A stretch of 64,000 nt of DNA from the human T2T-CHM13v2.0 reference genome, Homo sapiens (GCF_009914755.1 NC_060926.1), one strand, 5' to 3'; shown: positions 29,136 to 46,951, numbered from the stretch's first letter. The notes: a model not told the origin generated them from the letters alone. Program-made: numbers and translations.

Positions 29136-30438
29136 CCTGCACATAAAACGGAGGAAAACAGCAGATACAGCTTTTTCCAATTCTCCCACTCCTGGGATTT
29201 GCCATCATTTCCTATGTAACCATAACCATACTAGGATTTCTCTCTCACCCCCTCTCTTTTTCCCCCAGACTTTGGTACTTGTTCTCAGTCTTGCTATTCA
29301 AAACGTAGTCCTTGAGGAGGCAGAGCAAGATAGTCAAATAGAATCCTCCAGCAATTGCCCATCCCCTCCCGAGGAACAACAGACTGAGCAACTATCCTTG
29401 CAAGAAAGCACCTTCATACGAACCCAAAGTTCAGATGAGTGATACTATGATCTGGTTTTAACATAATAACAAAGATAGTGTATCTGGTTTTAACATAGTA
29501 ACAAAGAAAGAGGCATTGAAGAGGGTAGGAAGGACAGTCTTGCAGTGCCTACCCCACCCCTCCCACAACCCCAGGCAACACAGCACAAAGGGATAACCTG
29601 AGCACCTGGGGAAGGGAGAGCAAATTATGTGTGGGATTCTTCACTGGAATTCAGTACCACCCTATCACAGTGGAATACAATACCAGGCAGAGTTCTGCCA
29701 GTGCCCACAGAGGGAGCATTTAGACAAGCCCTGGGCCAGAGGGGAATTTCCCACCCCAGCAGAAGGAACTCTAATCCTGGCCAGCTTCAGCACCAGCTGA
29801 CTAAAGTGGCCTGGGGACCCAAATAAATTTGAATGGCAGTCAGGCCACAGCGATTAAGATCATAGTCCTTGGGCAAGCCCTGGTGCTGCACTGGTCACAG
29901 AGGCAGTGGACTTGGGGTGCAACCCCATGCAACACCATCTGCAGTGACCACAGGAGTGCCTGCATCACTTCTCCCTAACTCCAGGCAGTGCAGTGCAGTG
30001 CAGTGCAGTGCAGTGCAGGGAGAAATTCCTTCCGCTTGGGAGAAGGAGAGGAAATAGTACAGAGGACTTTGTTTTGCAACCTGAGGATCAGCTCAGCCTA
30101 GTAAAATAAAGCACCAGGCAGATTCCTAAAGCTCCCAGTTCCAAGCCTTTGTTCCTGGGTGGTGTTTCTAGACCAATCTGCTGACCCGGTGGGATGGACC
30201 CTGTCCCAGCAGGATTCACCAACTATGCCCTTTTACCTAAAGTGCCCTTCTTTGGTCTTGAATAAACAGCAGCAGCAGGCAGGCAGGAAGTAGTGGCTGT
30301 GGGTCTTGGGCAAGTCCCAGTACTGTGTTCATCTGGAAGGTCATAAGTTTCAGGTGTGACCCAATCAGTGCCAGCTGTGGTGGCCATGGGAGTGCCCACG
30401 TCACCCCTCCCCAACTCCAGTTCAGTGCAGAGACTGAC

Positions 30439-30805
30439 TGTATTAGTCCATTTTCACACTGCTAATAAAGACATACCCAAGGACGGGGCTATTTACAAAA
30501 GAAAGAGGTTTAATGGACTCACAGTTCCACTTGGCTGGGGAGACCTCACAACCGTGGCAGAAGGCTAAAGGCACTTCTCACGTGGCGGCAGACAAGAGAA
30601 GAGAATGAGAGCCAAGGAAAAGGGGTTTCCCCTTATAAAACCATCAGATCACATGAGATTTATTCACTACCATGAGATCAGTATGGGGGAAACTGCCACC
30701 ATGATTCAATTATCTCTCACTGGGTCCCTCCCACAACATGAGAGAATTATGGGAGCTACAATTCAAGATGAGATTTCGGTGGGAACACAGGGCCAAACCA
30801 TATCA
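30439..30805 (-). mobile_element. THE1 (MaLR) solo LTR
   Basis: TGTATTAGTCCATTTTCACACTGCT..CAAACCATATCA; flanks CTGAC/CCAAC are compatible with a CpG-decayed CCGAC TSD. Confidence 0.92.
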
Positions 30806-32609
30806 CCAACTCCTTCTCCTTGAAGGAAAGTGAAAGAAAAGAGCAACAGACTTCACCTGGAACCTGGAGAAGTCTCCCTTATCTTCCCCAAATCCACCAA
30901 GTACACCAAGGCTGTGTATCTAGGAGTCTGCAAAAATCACAGTGTTCCTCAGTTTAGGGTGCCCTCTAGTGCTAAAACAGCTTCAATGACCACAGGCTTT
31001 GGTAACAACACTCAATCCCCATTGAATTCTGGGAAAGCCCTCTCAAGGACAGGTACAAACAAGGCCAGACTGCAAAGACTGGGATAAATACCTAACTTCA
31101 ATGCTCAGACATCAACAATCATCAAGAAAATCTAGGGAAACGTGACCTTATCAAACAGACTAAATAAGGCACCAGTGACCAATCCTGGAGTGACAAAGAT
31201 ACCTTTCAGTCAGGGAATTCAAAAGAGCTATCTTGAGGAAGTTCAACGAACTTTAAGGTAACACAAAGGAGGTATTCATCAGAATTCTATCACATAAATT
31301 TGTCATAGAGATTGAAATAATTTTTAAAAATCAAACAGAAATTCTGGAGCCAAAAAATTCAACTGACCAACTGAAAAATGCATCAGAGTCTCAACAGAAG
31401 AATTGATCAAGCAGAAGAAAGGATTAGTGAGCTCAAAGACAGACTATATGAAAATACAGTCATAGGAGAAAAAAAGAATTTAAAAAATTAAGTAAGCCTA
31501 CAAAATCTAGAAAATAGCCTCAAAAGGGCAAATCAAAAGTTTTTGGTCTAGAGAAAGAGATCTGAGTAGAAAGTTTATTTAAAGAAACAATAAGATATGA
31601 ATATCCAGATACAAGAAGGTCAAAGAACACCAAGAAAATTCAACCCACTTAGGACTACATCAAGATATACCATAATCAAACTCTCAAAGATCAAGGACAA
31701 AGGGGGGATCCTAAAAGCAGCAAGAGAAAAGCAAATAACATATGAAGGAGCTCCAATATGTCTGGCAGCAGACTTCTCAGAGGAAACCTTACAGGCCAGA
31801 AGGGAATGGAATAACATGCTCAAAGTGATGAAGAAAAAAAATCCCTTGACCTAGAATATTATATCTAGCAAAGTTATCTTTTAAACATGAAGGGGAAATA
31901 ATAACTTTCCCAGACAAATAGAAGCTGAGGGATTTAAACCAACTTTAGACCTGTTTTACAAGAAATGCTAAAGGGAGTTCTTCAATCTGAAAGAAAAGAA
32001 TGCTAACAAGCAGCAATAAATCATCTGAAGGTATAAAACTCACTGTAAAAGTAAGTACAAATAGAGAATACTCCAACACTGTAATTGCAGTGTATAAACC
32101 ACTCATATCTTTAGTATGAAGACTAAAAGACAAACCTATCAAAAACAATAACTACAACAATTTGTTAAGAAATAGACAATATAAAAAATATAAACTGAGA
32201 CTACAAAAAGTCAAAACACAGGAGGGATACAGATTAAATGTAGAGTTTTTTATTTTCTCTTTGATTGCTCTTTTTTCTTTTAATTGTGATCAGAGTTAAA
32301 GCTATCATCAGTTTACAATAATTGATTAAAAGGTGTTATTTGCAAGCCTCATGGTAATCACAAAGCAAAAACCTATAATAGAAACATAAAAATAAAAAGC
32401 CAGAAATTAAAACATACTACCAGAGAAAAATTACTCAAACACCAAGGAAGACAAGAAGAAGGGAAGAAATGACTAACATTACAACCAAGAAACAAGTAAC
32501 AAAACAGCAGTAGTATGTCTTTACCTAACAATAATATTGAACGTAAATGGACCAAATTATCCAATCAAGACATAGAGTGGCTGAATGAATTTAACAAAAA
32601 AAACAAGAC

Positions 32610-32720
32610 CTTACACAGTGGTGCACACCTGTAGTCCCAGCACTTTGGGAGGCCAAGGTGAAAGAACCACTTGAGACCAGGAGTTTGAAACCTGAGCAAC
32701 ATAGTAAGACACTGCCTCGA

Positions 32721-32794
<74 letters not shown>

Positions 32795-32830
32795 GCAAGC
32801 TCCAAATATATATATTATATATATATTTAT
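32610..32830 (+). mobile_element. FLAM/Alu left monomer with about A40 tail followed by (TA)n
   Basis: Monomeric Alu, poly(A) 32721-32760, TA repeat to about 32788. Confidence 0.85.
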
Positions 32831-34467
32831 AGATACAAGATCCAACTATATGCTGCCTACAAGGAACCAACTTCACCTATGAAGACACAAACAGACTGAA
32901 AATGAAGGGATGGAAAAAAATATTCCATGCAAAAAGAAACCCAAAACAAGCAGGAGTAGCTATATTTATATCAGATAAAACTAGATTTCAGGACAAAAGC
33001 GATAAAAAGAAAGTCATTATATAATAACAAAAGGGGCCAATTCAGCAAGAAAATATAACAATTGTAAATATTTAATGCACACAACACTGAAGCACCCATA
33101 TGTCTAAAGCAAATTTTACTAGAGCTAAAGAGATAGGTCCAAATACAATAAGAGTTGGGGACTTCAACATCCCACTTTCAGTGTTGGACAGATCATCTGG
33201 ACAGAAAATGAGCAAAGAAACATCAGACCTAATCTGCACTACAGACTAAATGGACCTAATAGGCATTTATATTATAGAACATTTTTTTCCAACAGCTGCA
33301 CAATACACATTCTTCTCCTTGGCACATGGAACATTCTCAATGCTAGATCACAAAACAAGTCTCAAAAAATTTCTTCAAAAATTGTAATAATTTCAAGTAT
33401 CTTCTCTGACCACAATGGAATAAAATTAGAACTCAATAATGCGAGGAATTTTGGAAATAATACAAATACAGGAAAATTAAACAATATGCTTCTAAATGAT
33501 CATTGGGTCAATGGAGAAATTAAGAAGAAAATTTAAAAATTTCTTGAAACAAAATGAAAATGGAAACACAATATACCAAAACCTATGGGATACAGCAAAA
33601 GCAATACTAAAAGGGAAGATATAGCAATTAAAGCCAATATCAAAAAAAGTAAAGACTTAAACAACCCAACAATCCATCTTAAAGATCTAAAAAACCAAAA
33701 GCAAACCAAACCAAAAATTAGTAGAAGAAAGGAAATAATAAAGATCAGAACCGAAATAAATGCAATTAAGACTTAAAAAAATACAAAGAATCAATGAATC
33801 ATAACACTGGCTTTTTGAAACACAAACAAAATTGAAAAACAACTAGCCAGACTAAGAAAGAAGACTCAAATAAATAAAATCAGAGACAAAAAAGGAGAAA
33901 TTACAACTGATACCACAGAAATTTAAAGGTTCTTTAGAGACTATTATGAGAAACCATATGCCAATAAATTAGAAACTTAAAAGAAATGAATAAATTCCTA
34001 GACACATACAACATACCAAGACTGAACCATGAAGACATGCAAACCTGAATAAACGAGTAACAAGGGGGAAGCAGTAATAAAAAGTTTCCCAGCAAAAAAA
34101 AAGCTTAAAATCTGGTGCCTTTACTGCTGAATTCCACCAAATATTTACAGAAGAAATAATACCAAAAGTATTATACCACAGCATACAGAATAAGACAAAA
34201 TACTTGCAAACTATTCAACTGACAAGGGATTATTAACCAGAATATATAAGGAGCTCAAACAACTCCACAGGAAAAAAAAATCTAATAATTCAGTTTTTAA
34301 ATGGGCAAAAATCTGATAGGCATTTCTCAAAAAACACATACAAATGGCAAGCAGACGTATGAAAAAATGTTCAACATCATTAATCATCAGAGAAATACAA
34401 ATCAAAACCACAATGAGATATCATCTCACCCCAGTTAAAATGGCTTTTGTCAAAAAGATCAAAAAAT

Positions 34468-34895
34468 AACCAACCCAAATGTCCAACAATGACAGACTGG
34501 ATTAAGAAAATGTGGCACATATACACCATGGAATACTATGCAGCCATAAAAAAGGATGAGTTCATGTCCTTTGTAGGGACATGGATGAAGCTGAAAACCA
34601 TCATTCTCAGCAAACTATTGCAAGGACAAAAAACCAAACACCACATGTTCTCACTCACAGGTGGGAACTGAACAATGAGAACACTTGGACACAGGAAGGG
34701 GAACATCACACACCGGGGCCTGTTGTGGGGTGGTGGGAGGCGGGAGGGATAGCATTAGGAGATATACCTAATGTAAATGATGAGTTAATGGGTGCAGCAC
34801 ACCAACATGGCACATGTATACATATGTAACAAGCCTGCACGTTGTGCACATGTACCCTAAAACTTAAAGTATAATAAAAAAGTAAATAAATAAAT
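34468..34895 (+). mobile_element. 5'-truncated L1PA (PA3-5-like) 3' end
   Basis: ORF2 C-terminus and 3'UTR; TSD AAAAAGATCAAA(A/G)AATAA at about 34452-34469 and 34896-34913. Confidence 0.93.
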
Positions 34896-35754
34896 AAAAA
34901 GATCAAAGAATAATAAGAATAATGAATCCTGGCAAGGATGTAGGAAAAGGAGAATGCTCCTGCATTGTTGATGGGAATTTAAGTTAGTAGAGCCACTGTG
35001 GAGAACAGTATTGAGGTTCCTCAAAAAACTAAAAATAGAACTACCACATGATGCAGTAATCCCACTGCTGAGTATATATCTAAAAGAAAGGAAATCAGCA
35101 TATTGAAGAGATATCTGTACTCCCATGTTTATTGCAGCACTCCTCACACTAGCCAAGATATGGAATCAACCTAATGTCCATCAACAGATGAATGGATAAA
35201 GAAGATGTGGTACATATACCCAGTGGAATATTATCAGCCATAAAAAAGAATACAATCCTGTCATCTGCAGCAAGATGGATGCAACTTGGAGGACATTATG
35301 TTAAGTGAAATAAACCAGGCACATAAATATTGCATGTTCTTGCTCATATTTGGCAGCTATAAAAATTGATATCATGGAGATAGAGAGTAGAATGATGGCT
35401 ACCAGAGGCTGAGAAGGGTAGTGTGGGGAGGAATAGGTAGGGATACGTTAATGGGTGCAAAAATATAGTTAGTTAGAAGGAATAAGATCTAATGCTCAGT
35501 AGCACAATAGCATGACTATAGTTAACAATAATTTACTGTATATTTAAGAATTACTAAAAAAGTGGAATTGGAATGTTCCCAACACAAAAAAATGATAAAT
35601 GTTTAAGGTGATGGATATCTCAATTACCTTGATTTGTTCATTACATATTGTATGCTTAAATCAAAATATCACATGTACCCCCATAAATATGTAAAACTAT
35701 TATATATCCATAAAAATGTTCAAATAAAACAAAACGGGGACAATATTTTAAGCC

Positions 35755-36030
35755 ATGTCGTCCTCAGACCAGCAGCATCAGCATCACGTGGGAGCTTGCT
35801 AGAAATGCAGAATCTCAAGTCTCACCTCAGACCTTCAGAATCCTCACTTTAACAAAATCCCCAGGTAATGTGTGTGTACATTAAAGATTGAAAAGCATTG
35901 AGAGAGAAGTGTTTCCTAAACTTTTTGGTAAACATCAAAATAACATGGTTCCCTCTTAAACACGCAACTGCCAGGCTCCACTCAGACCAGGTAGTGATTC
36001 TGATGCACATAAAAATTTAAGAAAACACTC
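35755..36030. mobile_element. MER5A-like fragments
   Basis: GACCAGCAGCATCAGCATCAC.TGGGAGCTTG.TAGAAATGCAGAATCTC. Confidence 0.75.
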
Positions 36031-36644
36031 CCCAAATGGCTTCTGCTCGCAGTTATAACTTTGGCTGAGACCAGACTATAGTTTCTTTTCTTTGCTAAGG
36101 AAAATGGGATAATTTAAATATCCTCCTGAGTGGTAAAGTAATTGAACATAGTTTCTTCATCTTAAAGTAACAGAAACCTGGCTACAACTTGACTTGGCTG
36201 GCACAACATCCTGGTTGTCAAGGGCTCTTTCATCTGTGTCTTAATTGCACCTGAGGCCAAACTTCTGAGATACCCAAGCCCATGAGACTCTGGCTGGGCA
36301 CCACTTTGAGGTCTGGTGAGATACACATGCCTTCTCACTCTCTTCTTTGGGTCCCTCAGTATTCCTACAGGACCAAGGAGGTGCACCAATTAGATTCTCC
36401 ATCCATCTCTTCCTCTCATGAGAGCTCCTGGCCCCCTGCTTCCTCAAGGTATACATTTCCCTCCCTGATCCAAGCACCCTTTCCTGACTTTCTGCTCTAT
36501 TTGCTGACCAGATGCTTCCTCGGATTTCCTGAAAGTCCCTCCACCTGTAAGTTCTGTGTTTTTCCCCAAACACATTTCTCTCCTGCTCTCCCTCATTTCA
36601 TCTCTCCTTCTTTTCCTTTCTCTCAGTGGTCATATGGCCTTTAG

Positions 36645-36890
36645 GTAGCCAACACTTATACAGCATTTACTATATGTCAAGCATTCTCGTTTGCACTTCA
36701 CACATATTAACTCATCAGCCTTCACAACAATTCTACAAAGTAGGGATAATTATTATTATCTAATAGATAAAGACACAGCAATTCATTAATATGTCTACAT
36801 TAAGGTTCCACAGCTGGTGAATGGAACAGCCAGATGGAAATCCACCTCATTGACTCCTGGGTCCTCCCTTCAGCCCCTTCATTATAGTGC
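36645..36890 (-). mobile_element. MIR
   Basis: TAGCCAACACTTATACAGCATTTACTATATGTCAAGCA..CACAACAATTCTACAAAGTAGG. Confidence 0.7.
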
Positions 36891-38284
36891 CTCCTAAGGC
36901 CCACTTCTTCCCCAGGATCTCTCTGCTTCACATCACTGACTAACCTCCAGAGCCCAAAAGGTAGCAGATTCCCTCCTTTTCCTGTCTTGAGAAATATCTG
37001 TTAGGTTCCTCCTTTTTGGTCAGAGCAAAACGGTGAATAGATCACGCCCTCATGTAAGTAACCTCATCAAGCCTCTCTCTTCTCTACTGTTCTTGACTTC
37101 CTTTCAGGAGGAATGGTTCTACTCAGTATTATTTGTGTAACTATAACATTGTGATATTATAATATCACAATATTAAAGCATGTACACTTAGAGTAATGGT
37201 GATTATATAGTAAAAGTAGAGCTGTTCTCTCATACATGACCTAAAAATTGAGGAGCTCACCTCAGGAAGAAATGGGCAGGACAGACTTTTCAGAGGAAAT
37301 GTCTGAAGGTAGCCCTTCTGAGCAGAACACAGGCCTGCCAAAATGTGTTAAAGAAGTCGAAACTCAAGGCCCCTACTTTGGACAGAGAGCACTGCACCAA
37401 GATAACTGCATTGTATTCACTTGTGGGCATTGACAAGAGGAGAGAGGCTAATGAAACTTCATCCTCAGGGGAAAAATATGGAGGAGAAAGTTTATCTCAG
37501 TAACCATCTCAGGAAGAGAATTGAGCTGTGAACCAGAGGCGATGACAAAATAAAGTAAGTTTCCTTAAGCTGCAAGATTTTTGATGCTTGCATAACGAAT
37601 GGGACTAAAACTCTTCAAGTGGAAAGGGCCATGTATCTGCCTTCAGGACAATGAGAAACCCACTCTTCACAAGTCAAGAAGCAAACAAAGCCCGCCCCCA
37701 CTCAGCTAGAGAAGCTATAAGAGAAAAGGTAGCTAAGCATTGCGCCTGCTACAGGAGAGGAAAGAAGCCCCAAAAAGTGGGTCTCAGGCTGCTAAGTGGC
37801 CCTGGGACCTCACAAGATAAAGGCTTTTTGTGGACTTTCTGATACCTTCTCTGAAAAGGGAATATTTGAACTGGCTGGTCTTTGAAGATTGCATAAGCAT
37901 ATGTTTGTCCTTTACTAGGTGGGAAAGCCAAAGCAACCACACTGGCTAGGCCAAGATGTAGGCATGAGGAAGTATATAGATCTGCTGACCTGGAGCCAGG
38001 TTCCTGCACCGGAGCAGGAAGTAAGGTCGAAAGGGCAGGTTGGAGCAGAGTGGAGGCAAAGTGTTTCCTCATGAGTTAAGGACAGGACGTGGATTGCTCT
38101 GGGGAAGCTATGTCAACCAAACCTACCATGTCCAGACAGTTCTTATGTAGAAGGGATAAAGAAATTCTCCACTGAAAATGTGTTTCCCCTTCATCCCTTA
38201 GCAAAGTTCATCAGCAAGAAGAAAAAACACAATTTGATCTTGATCAACATAAAGAAAAGAAGGATTAATCCACAGGGCTTACCA

Positions 38285-38500
38285 TAATGACTAAGAGCAT
38301 GTTTTCTGTAAACTCTCTGAGTTCGAATGCTGACTCCACTAATTGCTATGTGACCCGGAACAAGTTATTTACTTTCCCTGTGCCTCATGTTCAGCTTCTG
38401 TAAAAATTCTGGAGATAATAATAGTTCTTAACCGGGGGAATATTGTCAAGATTAAATGAAAAAATATAGATAAAGCTCTTAGAATTGACTGTCAATATTG
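38285..38500 (+). mobile_element. MIR
   Basis: GAGTTCGAATGCTGACTCCACT..GCTATGTGACC..CAAGTTATTTA..CTGTGCCTCA..GATTAAATGA. Confidence 0.75.
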
Positions 38501-38950
38501 GGTAACAGGTAGAAGCCCCTGCAGAAATGGTCTAGACTTTCATTTGTAAGAATACCCAGAGAAGCTTTTCTAAGTAACATGTCAGGGTAATCTGGATTCC
38601 ATATGAGGAATCTGCATTTTCAGTGCCATTCCAGGTAACACTGATGCAGATACTCTGAGTGTCCTGGAAGGAACTGTGCCCTGAGGGCTGTATGTAGTAG
38701 TAGCAACTCCCCAGCACAGTTAAAAACCCAGGAGCAATTTGTAAGGGCAAACCCCAGGAGGAAGAGAGCCAGAGACAGAGGTGGGCACTGCTCTTTTACA
38801 CCTGAGCATTCCCTTTTACACTTGTTCTGCATCTGTCCAGTCCCTTTGAGCACCTACCATGACCTTGCACAGAGCAATGGGAAGTTTAATGAGGACACCT
38901 CACAACAATTAATACTAAATGTTTTCCATTCTGAAAGAGGCTTTCTTCTA

Positions 38951-38954
<4 letters not shown>

Positions 38955-38995
<41 letters not shown>
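38955..38995 (+). repeat. (CA)n microsatellite, about 20 units
   Basis: Direct read. Confidence 0.95.
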
Positions 38996-38996
<1 letters not shown>

Positions 38997-39769
38997 CACA
39001 TTCCACTTTAAAACTTTGCTGTTTCTCCACTCTGAATGATCTGCTTTTATAAGAGGACTCAATGCTTTCTGCTGGCCCAAAGGGACAAAGTTTGGAATTG
39101 ACACTCCATTCACAAGCTTGGGAAACTTTTCTGTAACACATTGGGAAGATGAAATGGCAGGATTTTCTTGGCCTTTTCAAGCAGCCAGACAACCCTCCAG
39201 CTCCTCCAGATGCCAGGAGCAACTCAGGATTCCAAACAATATCAGGCCAGGACCCAAAAATGCTCTTTGAGGTCTTGGATCCCTCTGAGCACTACCCTAG
39301 ATTTAAGAGAATTTAAACTTGTATCTAACAGATTCCCTCGAAGTCTTGCCCTGCAATATCCTAAGTAAACACTTACCTTTCCCAGTCACTTAGCAAAGGT
39401 ATGGCACTTGAGAATTGCCAAGTGCATGAAGAACATATAGCTCTGATGTTCTCTGGGGTTAATTCTGGGCTCTATCCTGGCATTAGCTCCCTAACAACCA
39501 CATGCACAAAAATAGTGTGCTGGGGAGGTGGGGCTGGGGTTGGTGCACTTGCCCTTCACACTAGGAGGCTCCATAGCTAGAAGGTCTCCTTCCACCCAAT
39601 CCTTCTGTGTTTCCTATCATAGGATTTGAAATTATTGCAAAAGGGTCCTACTGAGTTTTGCTTTGTTTATCCTGGTGACTGAAACTTTACATAAACCTCT
39701 TTGCTCATACCATTTGCCTACCTTCTTTTAGCCTACATTCCTGCTTTGTCTTCTTCGGAGTATAATCAA

Positions 39770-39900
39770 AGAATCATGGGCTTTGGAGTCTGACAGACTG
39801 GTTTGAGCTTGGCCTTTCCACTTGACAGCTATGTGAATTTAGGCAAGTTACTTAACCTCTGTTTGCCTAGGTTTCCTTATCTATAAAAATGGGACTGATA
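39770..39900 (+). mobile_element. MIR
   Basis: GGGCTTTGGAGTCTGACAGA..GCTATGTGA..GGCAAGTTACTTAACCTCTG. Confidence 0.75.
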
Positions 39901-41238
39901 TGGAAGACACTTTGGAGGTTCTTCAGAAGAACAGAGGCAAAAGTTGCAGAAATGGAAAGCAAAATGTATGTGAATGGGTTATTAGGTAAAATAGAAAGAG
40001 AAGCCAGGTAACTCCACCCCCATTTGTAGACTATGGGATAATGGGAAAAAATGGAAGAAACAGCACTTTGTATAACTTCTTAGCTCATAGCATATACCAC
40101 TTCTTATAGTACAGCACCCCACTCACAAAGTGTCATCTTCCAGCGGGCACACAACTGAATAAACAATAGATCTTTCTTTCCTTACTGTCAGAGCCACCCA
40201 TGTGTCAATGTACCATCTTTAAGCGAGTTTTTTCCTCTCTCATTAGTCTGTTGAAGGGAACTCCCCCAGGAGTCTGACCCACCTGCTTACAAAATTTATT
40301 TGTGTCTTTAGGACGTAATCTACCAACACTTTTCTTTTCACCTGCACTTTATCCCTTGCTACTAACAATGATAATCTGAGTGATTGTGATGCAATCGTAT
40401 GACTCTGGAAATACGCATATCTCAGTTCCACTCATATGAATAATTAACCCAAACTAGAATCCAATTTTCAGGCTCTGTTTTCTTGTGGTTAATTCTAGTA
40501 CCAGACACTGCATCAGTCAGGTCCTGAACCAGGAATGAATGATGCCATCAAAATAAGATCATGTGAGGAGGGTTTAATGAAGAAATTATTAACAAATGTA
40601 TGTGCAGAGTGTGGGAAAATCACAAAAGGATAGTGTAATACCCTGGGGCTTTTACCTTCCCTAAGTTTGAAGTAGCAAAAGAAGAGAACCAGGTAGTGTA
40701 ATCCAAAAAGAGAAACTTACGTGAAGAGGGCTTCCTTCAGAGAAGTTCAAGATTAAAGGACTTTTGGCTAAGGGACACAGCAAACCCAAGGTAACCTTGC
40801 ATGAAAGGAACTTCCCTCCTCTTTTTTCAGTCTCCCACCAGGCTCCTAATTGATTCAACCCAACCAGAAGCTGGAAATCAGGGGACGTAATAGTTATTGT
40901 CTACTGATATTGTGTATGGTCATCTCCCGAGGGAAATAACAAGGTAAAAAATGTATCTGGAAAGACCAACAAAAGTTATTGGACACAGTACAATTTCCAC
41001 TTGATGGTGGAAGGCTGCTGTTTATGTCCAACATTATAACTACTTTATATTGGACAGTTCAAGTCACATAATCACTTGTTATCCCATGATCAAAATTTGA
41101 TCTCTACCAGGGCCAATTAGCAACCAATAAGCTGTTTCTCAAATGCAGGAGAAGGGCATGACTTTGCTCCAAAATTCTAGATGTTCTTCAAAGTGACTCT
41201 CTTACTAAGTCTTGCAAGAGCCTCCACATAACATTCTT

Positions 41239-45128
<3,890 letters not shown>

Positions 45129-45911
45129 CCATACAACATTCTTACCAGATGCTTTGGGCATAATGGGACCAAACAGGTCATAAAACTCAAGTATCATATC
45201 AGCTTATCTTTATTTATTACTTAATAAGTTAGAGCAGCAAATTCAGATAAGAGACATGTTGCCACCAGAATCCAAATATCCCATTAAGTACTACGCCTTT
45301 TTATTAGTAATAACACTCAATATGCTGTAATTTGTCTTTCACTTGAAGGAGCTAATCTCCATATGCCCCAGACTACACAATTCCTAGAAACTTCACTAAG
45401 GTTGTAAGTTTCTCTCCCAACCTCTGTAATGCATATATCTAGCAAAGGCACCTAGAATATTTGCCAGTTCCTTTTAACTAGGTCCATCAACACTATGTTA
45501 TCAATGAAGTGGATAGCATGATATTCTACAGGAAGGTGAGATAATCAATGTCTCTGTGTTCTCAATTTTGACAGCTGACATGGCACTGGGTAAAACAGTA
45601 AGGGAATACTATTATCCCAATCACATAAAAAGAAAAAGTTATTGTTTCTGGTGGTCTTTTCTGTTCATTCAGAAAATAAAGCATATCCTAGACTAATAGC
45701 TCCATACTCAGTACCAGAGACTGAAGCTAACACTATTCCCTACCATGTCGCCCAGGCTTCTACTTGGCCTTTCCTATAATAATAAATCCCTTTTTGCAAG
45801 TCAAGGGCCCAATGTTGTGATTCTTCCAGTAGCCAAGAGTGTCTATTCCAACCATGTATTCAGGAATTGAGAAAATAATTGCTGAGTGGGCTCATGGATC
45901 CATGTGGCCCA

Positions 45912-46555
45912 CTATGGTAGGCAGAATTTCTAAAATGGTCTCCCAAAGATGTCCCATCCTGATTCCTGGAACCTGTGAATATGATTAGTTCTCATTCCCA
46001 TTACTGTGTTATATTATATAGCAGAATTGACTTTAAGACAAGAAGGTTGTCTAGCTGAGCCTGATCTAATAATATTAGCCCTTGAAAGCAGAGAGCCTTC
46101 TATAGCTGGTGGTATAAAGGAATGTCAGAGAGTCAATGCATAAGAAGAACTCTGTGTGCCATTCCATTCCTGTCTTTGAATATGAAGGGAGTCACACAGG
46201 AAGGAATGTGGGAAGCCTTTAGGATCAGAGGAGGACCCTATGGCCAATAGCCAGCAAGAAAATTAGGGCCCCAGTCCTACAACCACAAGGAACTGAATTC
46301 TGCCCAAAACCTAAATGAGTTTAGAAGAGGATTCCTCCCTAGGGCCTCCAGATAAGAGTCCAGCCCAGTAGACACCCTGACTTTGGCCTTGGAAGACCAT
46401 GGCCATGGAACCATGGCCTTGGTTCCATAAGCAGGGAACCCAGCCAATCTTGCACAGCCTTCTGCTTTACAGAATGGTGAGCTTAAAGAAAAGGGTATTG
46501 TTTTAATCCACTGAGTTTGTGATAATCTGTAACACAGCAATAGAAAACTAGTACA
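45912..46555 (+). mobile_element. MLT1E-like MaLR LTR
   Basis: GGTAGGCAGAATTTCTAAAATGG..CAGTCCTACAACCACAAGGAACTGAATTCTGCC..CAGCAATAGAAAACTAGTACA. Confidence 0.85.
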
Positions 46556-46951
46556 CCCAGCGTGAGATGAACTCAGGCGAAAATTATCTGTGTCATCTGA
46601 CATCTATAAGTACCTACTCTGACAGACTACAGTACAATTTGGGTTATCAGTAATTAGTGTCAGCTCACTGCATAAAACTCTTGTAAAGTCTAGGTATTTT
46701 GAAGTTTCCAGTTCACAGAGGCCTTAGGAAAGACTGGGGGAGAGATTTACAGTACATATTCATGGACATGCTGCAGGATGCTCCCTCAAAATGATGTGTC
46801 CTTCCCTTCATCCAAGGGGTTCCTCTTTGATTGCTGGTTTAGATCTTGGAATTAGGGGATATGTTGTGGCTACTCAAGCCATAATCTCTGTTCACCAGAC
46901 CTATAGAACTTTTCTTTGACTACCTATATTACGTAAAACTTTAGTAGATGA

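Larger units (their letters stand above)
29313..35735 (+). mobile_element. L1MA4/5-like LINE-1 with both ends and a large internal ORF2 deletion; contains THE1, FLAM and L1PA insertions
   Basis: 5' GAGGAGGCAGAGCAAGAT; ORF1 peptide 31597-31854; EN region 32850-33450; 3'UTR GAAGGAATAAGATCTA..ATCACATGTACCCCCATAAAT. Confidence 0.88.

Noticed and set aside
36162-36644. Overlapping ORFs of 75-120 aa in unique sequence
   Set aside because: Pyrimidine-rich composition, no domain and no convincing splice pattern
40387-40395. TGATGCAAT C/EBP-ATF motif
   Set aside because: A single 9-mer is plausible by chance and has no supporting context
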